Positions 40,747 through 50,225 of a stretch of 64,000 bases of DNA are shown here, piece by piece (the stretch's first letter is position 1; every line of letters begins with the position of its first letter). Source of the stretch: Candidatus Poribacteria bacterium (lineage in GTDB: Bacteria > Poribacteria > WGA-4E > PCPOR2b). Below the pieces are notes generated by a model. It was not told the DNA's origin and ran no database searches. It worked only from the letters and a program-made list of their open reading frames with translations. A program made the translations under genes and the position numbers. The stretch covers positions 3,264,001 through 3,328,000 of the forward strand of contig OZ220744.1 in assembly GCA_965116925.1 (NCBI GenBank), written 5' to 3'.

Positions 40747-41775
40747 ATGCACCGGAGAACCAATCTCGCCCATATGATTTTAGCCGGCGTCATAGTCTTG
40801 GTGCTGACACCGCTGATGGCGGTCGTTGATGCACAAGCACAGATTGCGTTTGTGTCTGAGAGAGATGGGAACCCTGAAATCTACGTGATGGACACCGATG
40901 GGAACAATCAGCATAGACTCACCAATAATCCCGATAAGGACTATTCACCCTCTTGGTCCCCCAACGGCAAGCGCATTATCTTCATGTCTAATAGAGATGG
41001 GCACGCTCACTTTATACCCGGTTTGTTCACTTATGAAATCTACATTATGGATGCCGATGGGAGTAATCCACAAAATCTCACTAACAATCCCGCTGATGAT
41101 AGGTCTCCCTCATGGTCTCCTGACGGTAAACAGATTGTCTTTTCGTCTAATAGGGATGGCTTTAAAAACGCCGAGCGTGTAATTACTCATGAAATCTACG
41201 TTATGGATGTTGATGGGGGAAATCCTCAAAACCTCACTAACAATCTCAATAATGATTCTTCACCCTCATGGTCTCCTGACGGTAAACGGATTGTCTTTTC
41301 GTCTGTGAGGGATGGACACTTTGAAAACGAATTTGGAATCACCGATGAAATCTACGTTATGGATGCCGATGGTGGTAATCCTCAAAGACTCACTGAAAAT
41401 CCCAAGAATGACTGGGATCCCGTATGGTCCCCTGACGGTAAACGGATTGCCTTCGCGGCTGATAGGAAGGGAGACCTTGAAAACTTTGAAATCTACGCGA
41501 TGGATGCCAATGGGGAGAATGAACAAAGACTTACAGAAAATCGCAGTGATGACTGGTCTCCCTCATGGTCCCCCAACGGTGAACGGATTACCTTCAGGTC
41601 TGAGAGGGATGGAAACGGTGAAATCTACGTGATAGATGCCGATGGAGGCAATCCTCAAAACCTCTCCAATAATCCCCATAGTGACTTTGGTCCTGCTTGG
41701 TTGAACTCTCCGTTTTCGGTTTCTGCTGTGGGCAAAAAATTCATGATGTGGGGATGGCTCAAACAGGTTGATTGA
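40747..41775 (+). CDS. Secreted TolB/PD40 beta-propeller protein with WGxLK tail
   Basis: PSWSPDG repeats; C-terminus FSVSAVGKKFMMWGWLKQVD. Confidence 0.9.
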   Translation: MHRRTNLAHMILAGVIVLVLTPLMAVVDAQAQIAFVSERDGNPEIYVMDTDGNNQHRLTNNPDKDYSPSWSPNGKRIIFMSNRDGHAHFIPGLFTYEIYIMDADGSNPQNLTNNPADDRSPSWSPDGKQIVFSSNRDGFKNAERVITHEIYVMDVDGGNPQNLTNNLNNDSSPSWSPDGKRIVFSSVRDGHFENEFGITDEIYVMDADGGNPQRLTENPKNDWDPVWSPDGKRIAFAADRKGDLENFEIYAMDANGENEQRLTENRSDDWSPSWSPNGERITFRSERDGNGEIYVIDADGGNPQNLSNNPHSDFGPAWLNSPFSVSAVGKKFMMWGWLKQVD

Positions 41776-41874
41776 TAACTTCCACTATTCGGAGAACGGT
41801 GTTTAAGGATAAAAGAACGATAGACTGTCTAGCAGCTTGCGCTATACGAATACATCAGACTAGGAGAAACCTAA

Positions 41875-42996
41875 ATGGCTAAATATCGAGTCGGAGTCAT
41901 CGGCTGTGGAAGGAAGGGTGGGTCGCACGCGCGGGCGTATGCGCTTAACCCCTTGACCAAAGTTGTTGCATTCGCTGACACCGATCCCGAAAACTTAGAA
42001 TTGTACTGTAAATACTACGATGTCCCGGGATACAGCGATTATCGGGAGATGCTTGAGAAAGAACAAATAGACATCGCTGCACCTATCCTACCTGTCAGAC
42101 CAAACCCAGAGGTCGTCATTGGGTGTGCCGAAGCAGGTGTACGAGCAATCCTCTGCGAAAAGCCCATTGCAGCAACGCTTGCAGATGCGGATCGGATGGT
42201 GGAAGCCTGCCAATCACGCGGAATCAAGTTCGGATCCGGCGACCTTGACCGAAACCTACCACAATACTGGAAAGCCTTGGAAATCATCGAATCGGGCGAG
42301 CTGGGTGAGGTCAAAAGCATCAACTTCATAGGTGGGAGCGGCACAGAGATGTCAGGCGGTGGCTGTCAGCTTTTTAGTCTGATGCGTATGTTTGCCGGAG
42401 ATGCCGATGTTGCGTGGGTCGTTGGCTGGGTTGCCGACGATCCAGAGAGCGATCATGACCAAGGTGTAGCGGGCTATCTGCGTTTCACCAACGGTATTGA
42501 AACCTTCATGCACCGTGAACCTGATGCGAGAGGGCGTGGATTTGAGGTTTCGTGCAGTCGGGGTGTATTCCGCAGCAACAATAGTTTGCTCAGCCTATGG
42601 AAAGCGGACGGCGATATTGATCCATTGACGGGCAGATCACTCAAAAAGGTGGAGGGCGTGTTTCCCGAAACCAGCGTTTACGGCAGAATGAGCGGGGACT
42701 ACGATGCGGACGGTTGGAGATGGCCCGGAGACCGAAACATTGCGAGCGTCCAGTCCATCGTTGACGCACTTGAGCAGGACATCGAACCGAGGGGCAGCGG
42801 CGATAATGGACGTAAGGTCCTAGAAATCGCTATTGCCCTACGAGAATCGCACCGACGCGGACACGCACCGGTGAGACTCCCCCTTGAAGACCGCAGCCTC
42901 AGACTTTTCCCGAAAAGTTCGCGGATGGATAACAAAAAACCGCAGATGGGCAGAGAAACCTACATGCCCCAAGTTCAAGGGAAAAAGCAAACGTAG
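41875..42996 (+). CDS. Gfo/Idh/MocA oxidoreductase
   Basis: VGVIGCGRKG..HA, ILCEKPIA. Confidence 0.9.
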   Translation: MAKYRVGVIGCGRKGGSHARAYALNPLTKVVAFADTDPENLELYCKYYDVPGYSDYREMLEKEQIDIAAPILPVRPNPEVVIGCAEAGVRAILCEKPIAATLADADRMVEACQSRGIKFGSGDLDRNLPQYWKALEIIESGELGEVKSINFIGGSGTEMSGGGCQLFSLMRMFAGDADVAWVVGWVADDPESDHDQGVAGYLRFTNGIETFMHREPDARGRGFEVSCSRGVFRSNNSLLSLWKADGDIDPLTGRSLKKVEGVFPETSVYGRMSGDYDADGWRWPGDRNIASVQSIVDALEQDIEPRGSGDNGRKVLEIAIALRESHRRGHAPVRLPLEDRSLRLFPKSSRMDNKKPQMGRETYMPQVQGKKQT

Positions 42997-43025
42997 ACAT
43001 CCTCCACCCTCCGTCAAAATAATAC

Positions 43026-43055
43026 AGCCCTGTGCGTTGTGCATGGGGCTTTTTT
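43026..43055 (+). terminator. Rho-independent terminator
   Basis: AGCCCTGTGC-loop-GCATGGGGCT stem (with G-U pairs) followed by a T-tract. Confidence 0.7.
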
Positions 43056-43107
43056 GTTATGCAGAGTGATGAAAATCAGCTGCTATCTGTCTGACATTAT
43101 GCTAAAA

Positions 43108-43180
43108 TAGTAGTAGGCATACTCCGTATGCCGTAACCATCTGCGTTAAAGTAGTAGGCATACTCCGTATGCCGTAACCC
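43108..43180. repeat. Tandem pair of GTAG-REPs
   Basis: agtagtaggcatactccgtatgccgtaacc twice; same class as 4884-4955. Confidence 0.8.
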
Positions 43181-43241
43181 TTAAACCGGTAATCGATGCC
43201 CCTAAAAAAATAATTTCAACTGTCAATTCAAGGAGAAATCA

Positions 43242-45737
43242 ATGTCAGACTACCAACCACTAAATATCTCATCACACTGCAACGTTGGCGCAGAAATTCT
43301 TGGCGAAAACGCCAATCCCGCAATCGGTGCACAAACCTTCCACGGCTTGCCCTTCCAGATCAGCGCGGAGGGCAACTATTTTCTCGGTTTCGGGGACAAA
43401 CTTAACACAGAACCGATTACCATACCACTCAACGCAACGCCGAAACGGGTCATTGTTGCACATCGACTGCTCGAATCCCAAATCTTTGAGGGCGATCCCG
43501 TCGGACGCTTGATTGCGAACTACATTTTCCGCTATGCAAACGGTGAAACGGTCAATGTGCCGATACGAGAACGGTTCGAGATCGCTGTCGTCCCACCGGG
43601 CTGGGGACAACTGCCTTTCCTCGCATGGCCAGACCAGCAAGACGGACTCCACCCACGCTACGAAGGTAATTGGAGCGCAGCGGGCAACCGCCAGACCGAA
43701 GCCACGCAGGCAGGACCCGCAGACTACTATCTGTGGGTCTGGGAAAATCCAAATCCGTCGGAGACGCTGGAATCCCTCCAAATCGTACCGGAGGGACCGG
43801 CGTTCATCCTCGCCGCCCTTACACTGGGAAACCTCAATGAAGATCCTATCTCTAGAAAGGCGATCCGCGATGTCATGATTACCCTGCCGCAAGAGGAAGA
43901 TGCCGCAAAGCCTTTCCGCATGGAGGTAGAGGTTGATCGCGGCGTGGCGACCTATCCGTATCCGCTACCAGAGAAATCAACGGACGAATTTCTCAATGAC
44001 GAGCGGAAAGGTTGGGGCGAGACACAAAACAACAGTAGCAGTCCCGCCTATGTCGAAGTGACGGCAACCCCATCAGCGACAGTTACGGTCAAAAATCACG
44101 ACGAAACGTTAGGCGCAGTGAAATGGGGAGAGTTAGAGGAGAAAGGAAAGGTTGCACCGAACGAACGGGTACAGGTCGAAATCGTTGACACCGGCAGAAA
44201 CTGGGTCCATACAAGGGTGGTCGATGATGAGACCAATCAGCCGATTCCGTGCCGTCTCCATTTCCGTTCCCCAAAAGGCGTGCCTTACGCGCCACACGGA
44301 CACCACGCACACGTCAATTCAAACAACGGCACTTGGCATGTTGATGTCGGCGGAGATGTGCGGTTGGGACAGATTTCTTACGCATACACCGACGGCACAT
44401 GCCAAGGCTGGCTGCCGCGCGGCGAGGTCATCGTTGATGTTGCAAGAGGCTACGAATATGAGCCGTTGCGAACAAAGGTTGAGATTAAACCGGGCCAACG
44501 CGAACTGACACTACGGCTCAAGCGTTGGTGCAACATGAACGCCGAGAGGTACTTCAGCGGTGATACCCACGTCCATTTCCTCTCAACGCAAGGTTCTCAC
44601 ACGGAGGCACAGGGCGAAGACCTCAATGTCGTCAACCTACTGCTCTCCCAATGGGGACACCTCTTCACCAACACAGAGGAGTTCATTGGTCGTCCAACTG
44701 TTTCCGACGATGGGCGCAGCATCGTTTACGCCACGCAGGAAAATCGCCAGCATCTGCTTGGACATCTCACGCTGCTCGGCTTGAAAGAGGAGGTAAGTCC
44801 GTGGTGTTCCGACGGCCCCGGCGAGGCAGAGCTTGGTGGCAACATGGAAACGACACTCTCCCATTGGGCGGATGCCTGCCACGCGCAGGGCGGCACCGTT
44901 GTCCTACCCCACATCCCGAACCCCAACTGCGAACCAGCGACGCTTATTGCCACCAATCGTGTAGATGCAGTCGAGTACCTGACCGAGGCGATGTACGGAC
45001 ACATCGAGTATTACCGCTATCTCAACTGCGGTTACAAACTGCCGCTGGTCGGTGGAACAGACAAGATGACCAGTGATGTGCCGGTCGGTGTATATCGCAC
45101 CTACGTCCACATCCCCGACGATCAGGAGTTCAACTACGATAACTGGTGCAAATATCTCCGCGCCGGTAACACGTTCCTCAGCGGCGGGCCCATCATTCGT
45201 CTGACAGTTGATGGACAACCTATCGGGAGCACAATCAACCTGCCGGGAAACGGCGGCACGGTAGAGGTCGAAGCGTCAGCGGAGTCCATATTCCCCATTC
45301 ATACGTTGGAAATCGTTCAGGCGGGCGAGGTTGTCGCCTCAACAGCGGAGAATAACGGCGCACGTACGCTGCATCTGAAAGCAAAGTTAAACGTTGATGG
45401 ACACTCGTGGATTGCAGCCCGTTGCGGGGGACCCGGCTACACCCAAGCAGTACCGCATCTCGACGGTTGGGGGCGTGGAATCATCGCCCACACCTCCCCG
45501 GTCTATATCGCCGTCGGCGGTGAGTGGTGGATGTTCGATTCGGAAACCGCAAACTATATGCTGACACTCATTGAAGGCGGATTGTCATATATCCGCAACA
45601 CTGCCCGCCACCACCGTCCGGGCACAGTAACACACCATCACGGAGAGGACGACCATCAGGCTTTCCTTGAACGGCCCTTCATGGAGGCACAGGAAGCCCT
45701 CCACCGACGGATGCATCAACTGGGAATTCCACATTAG
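43242..45737 (+). CDS. CehA/McbA family metallohydrolase (PHP-like)
   Basis: FSGDTHVH, QENRQHLLGH, YYRYLNCG..LPLVGGTD, AHTSPVY. Confidence 0.85.
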   Translation: MSDYQPLNISSHCNVGAEILGENANPAIGAQTFHGLPFQISAEGNYFLGFGDKLNTEPITIPLNATPKRVIVAHRLLESQIFEGDPVGRLIANYIFRYANGETVNVPIRERFEIAVVPPGWGQLPFLAWPDQQDGLHPRYEGNWSAAGNRQTEATQAGPADYYLWVWENPNPSETLESLQIVPEGPAFILAALTLGNLNEDPISRKAIRDVMITLPQEEDAAKPFRMEVEVDRGVATYPYPLPEKSTDEFLNDERKGWGETQNNSSSPAYVEVTATPSATVTVKNHDETLGAVKWGELEEKGKVAPNERVQVEIVDTGRNWVHTRVVDDETNQPIPCRLHFRSPKGVPYAPHGHHAHVNSNNGTWHVDVGGDVRLGQISYAYTDGTCQGWLPRGEVIVDVARGYEYEPLRTKVEIKPGQRELTLRLKRWCNMNAERYFSGDTHVHFLSTQGSHTEAQGEDLNVVNLLLSQWGHLFTNTEEFIGRPTVSDDGRSIVYATQENRQHLLGHLTLLGLKEEVSPWCSDGPGEAELGGNMETTLSHWADACHAQGGTVVLPHIPNPNCEPATLIATNRVDAVEYLTEAMYGHIEYYRYLNCGYKLPLVGGTDKMTSDVPVGVYRTYVHIPDDQEFNYDNWCKYLRAGNTFLSGGPIIRLTVDGQPIGSTINLPGNGGTVEVEASAESIFPIHTLEIVQAGEVVASTAENNGARTLHLKAKLNVDGHSWIAARCGGPGYTQAVPHLDGWGRGIIAHTSPVYIAVGGEWWMFDSETANYMLTLIEGGLSYIRNTARHHRPGTVTHHHGEDDHQAFLERPFMEAQEALHRRMHQLGIPH

Positions 45738-45869
45738 GAGTTGATTGGTCCCGTTTTCACGTTTCACGCATTACGTTTCACGTTTTTCGCATGAACTTTT
45801 ATGGGCAGACGGCAAAAAAGGGATGCCCGACATTTCTGTTGTTCTTCCACTCATATTCCCCAATCGGTG

Positions 45870-45898
45870 TTGACAATTCCGATCTGATTCTGTATACT
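45870..45898 (+). promoter_or_regulatory. Sigma-70 promoter
   Basis: TTGACA-17 bp-TATACT; implies the downstream gene starts at ATG45962. Confidence 0.7.
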
Positions 45899-45961
45899 TT
45901 TCTACATCTGAATGCCCCTCAAAACGATTTCACCCAACAACAACCGAAAATCGGGTCGAAG

Positions 45962-47011
45962 ATGGCGAAAAAAAAGAAGAATCGACGCCTCAATATTGCG
46001 CGTAAACGCGCAAAACGTCAACAGAACCAGAAATTCAAGCGCAAGCAGTTGGCTATTCAGAAACAGCGAGCGTTACAAGCAGCGAAGTCCGACGAAGAAC
46101 TACTACAGGACAAAATTGCGAACAGCAAACTGTTGCTTGATGAGTCTGAATTTGAAAAGATCATCTTTGATCCCGATCTGTTGCGGCAGAAAACGGTGGA
46201 AGCCTTTGAAGCAGGCGCGTTCAATTCTGAAGTTAGGGAGAGCGAGGAGACAACACCAGAGGGGGAAGAAGGTCCTGAAAGTATTAATGACATCTTTCGT
46301 TTTGAAGTGCTGCGCCACCTGATTACGGTCGAATTTATTAACACCGTCTCGTATGCACTCAAGGCATGCGAAACACGCCTCAGACGGATGGGGGATCGGG
46401 AGAAATCAGAAATAGCATTCGTTGCGAGATCGCTTTTTGAGTACGCTGATCCAGAAACCCTCGCGTTTCATCCGCTTATTTTCAATATCTGCGTCCGTAC
46501 ACTAAAGCAAATGTTAGCAGACCCTCAATCGGCACCCGACACTATCATAGGCGTGCTCTCCGACGTGTTCGAGGAAAGCCAGTGGACAGAGATCGAAGAT
46601 CCACCGGAAACACCCCCAGACCCGGACGAAGATGAAGAGACTGTTGATTCGGCAAGTGAACAGGTTTCGATCCTTGAACCAGAAGAAGATCAAACGACCA
46701 CGCCAGAAATTACCCCGTCCGTTCCAGAGGTTTTGCCGGAAACCCTGAAAGCTAAAGCACTGTACAAAAACGCTGATGGCTTGGAAATTCGGAATACGAT
46801 TGAGTTTGGAAATGGGTATCGGGTGGTTCAGGATACCGACTCGCAGGTAGAATTTGCCCATACAGACGGCCAGCGTTATATCACACTGACCACGGATCGG
46901 TTGCTGCTACAATGTTCATCGATAGAACTATTGGATGTTGCAATGGAGGAGGTCGAGGTGCTGTGCAATGATGCACTATTCTACTTAGCAAGAACGGTTG
47001 ACGACACCTAA
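45962..47011 (+). CDS. Hypothetical protein (very basic N-terminus, acidic Pro-rich linker)
   Basis: Long ORF downstream of a near-consensus promoter; no family recognised. Confidence 0.75.
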   Translation: MAKKKKNRRLNIARKRAKRQQNQKFKRKQLAIQKQRALQAAKSDEELLQDKIANSKLLLDESEFEKIIFDPDLLRQKTVEAFEAGAFNSEVRESEETTPEGEEGPESINDIFRFEVLRHLITVEFINTVSYALKACETRLRRMGDREKSEIAFVARSLFEYADPETLAFHPLIFNICVRTLKQMLADPQSAPDTIIGVLSDVFEESQWTEIEDPPETPPDPDEDEETVDSASEQVSILEPEEDQTTTPEITPSVPEVLPETLKAKALYKNADGLEIRNTIEFGNGYRVVQDTDSQVEFAHTDGQRYITLTTDRLLLQCSSIELLDVAMEEVEVLCNDALFYLARTVDDT

Positions 47012-47058
47012 ATTCAAACAGTCGGTTTTGGACAGGCACAAGTTTCTTAATCCCGCTG

Positions 47059-47500
47059 TCCCGATTTATCGGAGATCTATCGGAGGGCTATCCCTACATT
47101 GGGTTAATTCCTGTAGGGGCAACCCTTGTGGTTGCCCTCCTGTCGGTCGATTTTCCAAAATCGACCTTTCGTAGCCACAGGTTTCCTAACCTGTGATCAT
47201 TGCGTATGAAGATGTCGCAATGTGAATATAGACTTACAGGTTGATAATTCCCGTAGGTTGAGGTGGCAACATGTGTATAGCGATATTGAATTGGTAATAC
47301 TAACATATCAACACGCTCTAGTTATTGACAATCCGTCGGTTTGCTGTTAAAACTGAAGAATCCTACTTTCGCTCCAGCGGAGCGATATGTCTATAGAATG
47401 TGGATACGTTTAGTGCCCGCGCTCCAGCGGAGCGCAATGTGGATAACAATCGACCAATGAACTAATGAACCAACACAGCTCCAGCGGGGCGACAGGTGCT
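47059..47500. repeat. Intergenic REP mosaic
   Basis: tcccgatttatcgg; gtaggggcaacccttgtggttgccc; gtcgattttccaaaatcgac; gtagccacaggtttcctaacctgtg; a family D end; GCTCCAGCGG three times. Confidence 0.75.
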
Positions 47501-47678
47501 ACGCAGGATTGATGCACGATATATCCAGAAAATCACTGCGCTTCGTTCAACAATCCTGACTGTAGGTGAATTTGGTTATTTCTAATAGGCATCGAGTATG
47601 GATACTCAGCGTACACAGGCTATCTAGTAACTCAGGTCTTTATCAGGCTAAAACAACTCATTAAAAGGAGGTGATTCC

Positions 47679-47783
47679 GTGGCACGATCGAAAGTTGGAC
47701 AATCACGGCGCCGCACACAGATTCGACATCGCCAAAAACGCCGTCTCAAGAGAAAGAAGTTAGCCCTGAAACAAGCGCGCTAG
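47679..47783 (+). CDS. Small highly basic protein (34 aa, missing from the ORF track)
   Basis: AAGGAGGTGA RBS; MARSKVGQSRRRTQIRHRQKRRLKRKKLALKQAR. Confidence 0.7.
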   Translation: MARSKVGQSRRRTQIRHRQKRRLKRKKLALKQAR

Positions 47784-48115
47784 CAGCCGCGACGCCAAAA
47801 AGAATAATATAGCGTAAGTGCAGTTGATAGACCAAGCACTATAAACCGAGTTGTTTCTTCAAAACTCGGTTTCTGTCTGATTCTAACGATTTGGGTTATG
47901 TTACAGAATCCCAGTCGTCGTGTAAATGATCCCAATCGTGGCGCAGATTGCCTAATCTGTGAGCCCCGCATCACCTATTACGCTCCGTTTCGCGATTCAG
48001 ACAAACACCAGAACAACAACTAGCAACTTAGGTTAATAAAAAAGACCATTTGAGGCGTTTGTAAAGTGTGAACCCAAGTATGTTAAAACATACATCTCTT
48101 TGACGGAGTCTGAGA

Positions 48116-49864
48116 ATGCCTAAAATCGATCCAATTACGCGCGAGATTATGCAAAATGCCTTGGCATCGGCTGCCGACGAGATGGCGATGGCACTGTACC
48201 GCACCGCCTATTCCACCATCGTCCGGGACTGCCTCGACTACTCAACCTCCCTTTGTAACGCTGATGGCGAAATGATTGCGCAAGGCGTAACCATTCCCCT
48301 CCACCTCGGCTCCGTCCCCTTCGCGATGGAAACGCTGTTCAAGAAATTCGACGGCGATATGCAGCCCGGCGACGTCTTTATTCTCAACGATCCCTTCGAT
48401 GGTGGGATGCACATCCCGGACATCTTCATCGTTAAACCCATCTTCTGGGAAGATGAGCGCGTCGGGTTTGCTGTCAGCACCGCCCATCATCTGGATCTGG
48501 GCGGACGCTTGCCCGGCAGCTCCGCCTGTGATAACACCGAAATTTTTCAGGATGGCTTCCGCATTCCTTGGTTAAAACTGTATCGTGCCGGCGAACCTGA
48601 TGAAGCAATCTTCACACTGCTCCGTGCAAATGTCCGAGTGCCACAGATGGCTATCGGAGATTTGCGAGCGCAACTGGCAGCCTGTCATATCGGCGAGCGT
48701 GCGGTGCACACACTGATCCAGCGTTACGGACTGGAAACCTTTACCACCTGCGCCAATTCACTCATTGACTATACCGAGCAACTTGTCCGCGCAGAAATCG
48801 CCTCATGGCCCAATGGCAGCCATACCTTCACAGACTATATGGACAGCGACGGCGTCGGGGGACCGCCCGTGCGCCTAACGGTAACAATGACGGTAGAAGA
48901 CGATACCCTCACCGCCGATTTTACCGGCACAAACCCGCAAGTCCGAGGTGCCATCAACAACACCCTCTCCTTTACCGCATCGGTGGTCGCGTTGTGCGTC
49001 CGTTCAGTGATACGCGAAGATATTCCAAATACAGCGGGCATGTTCAAACCGCTGAAAATTATTGCGCCGGCGGGGACAGTGGTCCACGGGGTTATGCCGG
49101 CTGCCTCCTCAATGCGCGGCATCACTGGATTCAGGCTGGTGGACACCATCTTCGGCGCGTTAGCGGGCTTACTGCCAGACCAAGTCCTAGCCGCCGGCGA
49201 AGGGGGCAATTCCCTCGTGATAATTGGTGGGCAGCGGGAGGATCGGACACCGTATGTCTACTATGAACTGATGTCAGGGACATGGGGCGCACGTCCCGAC
49301 CGCGATGGGATTGACGGACTCTGTAACCCCGCCAACGTCGCCAGCAATATCCCGATTGAGCAGGCGGAATCCGAATATCCGGTGCATATTGAACGCTACG
49401 GATATGTTACGGACAGCGGCGGCGCGGGCAAATTCCGCGGTGGTCTGGGGCTTGAGCGTGAGTGGCGACTGCTTTCCGGTGAAGCGCATCTCGCCATCCG
49501 CTCTGATCGCAGAGACCACCTTCCCTACGGTCTCTACGGCGGAAAGCCGGGCAGGGGCTCGATTAATATCCTCCATCACACCGGCGGAGAGGAAGAAGTG
49601 TTACAGACCATGATCTCCACATCAATGGAGGCTGACGAGCGGATCTATCATCGTCAGGCAGGTGGTGGAGGCTGGGGTGACCCCCTGCTGCGTCCACCGG
49701 CTGATGTGGCACGCGATGTCAAGAACGGCAAGGTTTCACTTAAAGCAGCACGGGAAGCGTATGGTGTGGTCCTTGATGAGGCGACGCTAGCAGTAGACGA
49801 AGCCGCCACCGCAGCACTCCGCGGACAAGGGCATAGCGATACACCTCAAGAAGCACCATGTTGA
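48116..49864 (+). CDS. Hydantoinase B / oxoprolinase family protein
   Basis: RTAYSTIVRD..DYS, NDPFDGGMHIPD, HHLDLGG, DSGGAGKFRGGLG, GGGGWGDP. Confidence 0.95.
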   Translation: MPKIDPITREIMQNALASAADEMAMALYRTAYSTIVRDCLDYSTSLCNADGEMIAQGVTIPLHLGSVPFAMETLFKKFDGDMQPGDVFILNDPFDGGMHIPDIFIVKPIFWEDERVGFAVSTAHHLDLGGRLPGSSACDNTEIFQDGFRIPWLKLYRAGEPDEAIFTLLRANVRVPQMAIGDLRAQLAACHIGERAVHTLIQRYGLETFTTCANSLIDYTEQLVRAEIASWPNGSHTFTDYMDSDGVGGPPVRLTVTMTVEDDTLTADFTGTNPQVRGAINNTLSFTASVVALCVRSVIREDIPNTAGMFKPLKIIAPAGTVVHGVMPAASSMRGITGFRLVDTIFGALAGLLPDQVLAAGEGGNSLVIIGGQREDRTPYVYYELMSGTWGARPDRDGIDGLCNPANVASNIPIEQAESEYPVHIERYGYVTDSGGAGKFRGGLGLEREWRLLSGEAHLAIRSDRRDHLPYGLYGGKPGRGSINILHHTGGEEEVLQTMISTSMEADERIYHRQAGGGGWGDPLLRPPADVARDVKNGKVSLKAAREAYGVVLDEATLAVDEAATAALRGQGHSDTPQEAPC

Positions 49865-50225
49865 CGTACTCCAAAAGCTGAAGTATTTGGATTCTTGTTA
49901 GGAATCCGCTTTCTAATTGTGCGGTCAACAACGCTGCACCCCGTCGGGTGTCTTAATGCGTCTCTCGCAAGGGACAACGCCCTGCCCCTATGCCAGCGTC
50001 TATATCCTGCTTCCCGGTGCCGGTAACTGTAGAAAGTATACTATATTTGTTCAGGTACATCAAACAAAAAATGCGCTAAAGCATGGGTGTATAGACTTCG
50101 CCCCAACTGCTCCAAAGGTAAACCTTTTGGGGTTTTACCCCTAAAGGAATTTATGATAAAATGCAGCCCATCTACAAAACAACAATTCTTGTGCTCTCTT
50201 TAATGTGCACTTAACGAGGAGCTCT

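Noticed and set aside
39705..41775. Diversity-generating retroelement acting on the propeller genes
   Set aside because: No reverse transcriptase and no adenine-specific template/variable repeat pair seen.
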